Below, one piece after another: positions 63,933 to 64,000 of a stretch of DNA of 64,000 bases. The DNA lies in NCBI GenBank assembly GCA_030704615.1, contig CM060731.1:53630001-53694000 (forward strand). The letters are read 5' to 3'. The notes beneath the pieces are model-generated. The model was given only the letters and a program-made list of their open reading frames with translations. It made no database searches and had not been told where the DNA came from. The translations under genes and the position numbers were made by a program. Origin of the DNA: Takakia lepidozioides. Its lineage: Eukaryota; Plantae; Bryophyta. Positions within the stretch are counted from its first letter, which is position 1. Every line of letters starts with the position of its first letter.

Positions 63933-64000
63933 TGAAGTGGTTGGATTGCATTCAAATTGCAGAACCACAAGGGTTGGATTGTTTTTCCATGTTGGCAGTG

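Overview
Eukaryotic land-plant DNA, most likely a seed-free plant with flagellated sperm (a spliced CFAP119/CLAMP-like ciliary gene, plus RHM, SDHAF4, PEN2 and EamA genes). The first ~47 kb is a nest of transposons; ~50-64 kb holds host genes. The main result is two related, nested giant Mutator-like (MULE) DNA transposons. Element B (~10933-25923, ~15 kb, short TIRs built from CATGAGC units) sits inside the transposase gene of element A (~4870-10932 plus ~25924-27674). Each element has three parts. (i) A GCM/WRKY-like zinc + MULE DDE transposase, with a SWIM finger in B. (ii) A divergently oriented spliced gene encoding a ParB/Srx-type domain (WDGNHR); in B it is fused to a beta-class N4-cytosine/N6-adenine DNA methyltransferase-like domain, a region lost from A by truncation. 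(iii) Dozens of copies of its own parS-like palindrome (B: ATTTCGGCGCCGAAAT; A: GTGATGRTCGGYACCGAYCATCAC; shared core TCGGYRCCGA), in ~63-66-bp-spaced arrays and introns. The inference is a transposon-borne ParB-parS-like, sequence-specific DNA-marking system. Both copies carry inactivating stops. Also present are a young Ty3/gypsy element with a duplicated RNase H, decayed gypsy, chromovirus and LINE pieces, and a Crinkler-type REase relic. All domain calls come from reading motifs by eye; no database search was run, and novelty is untested.
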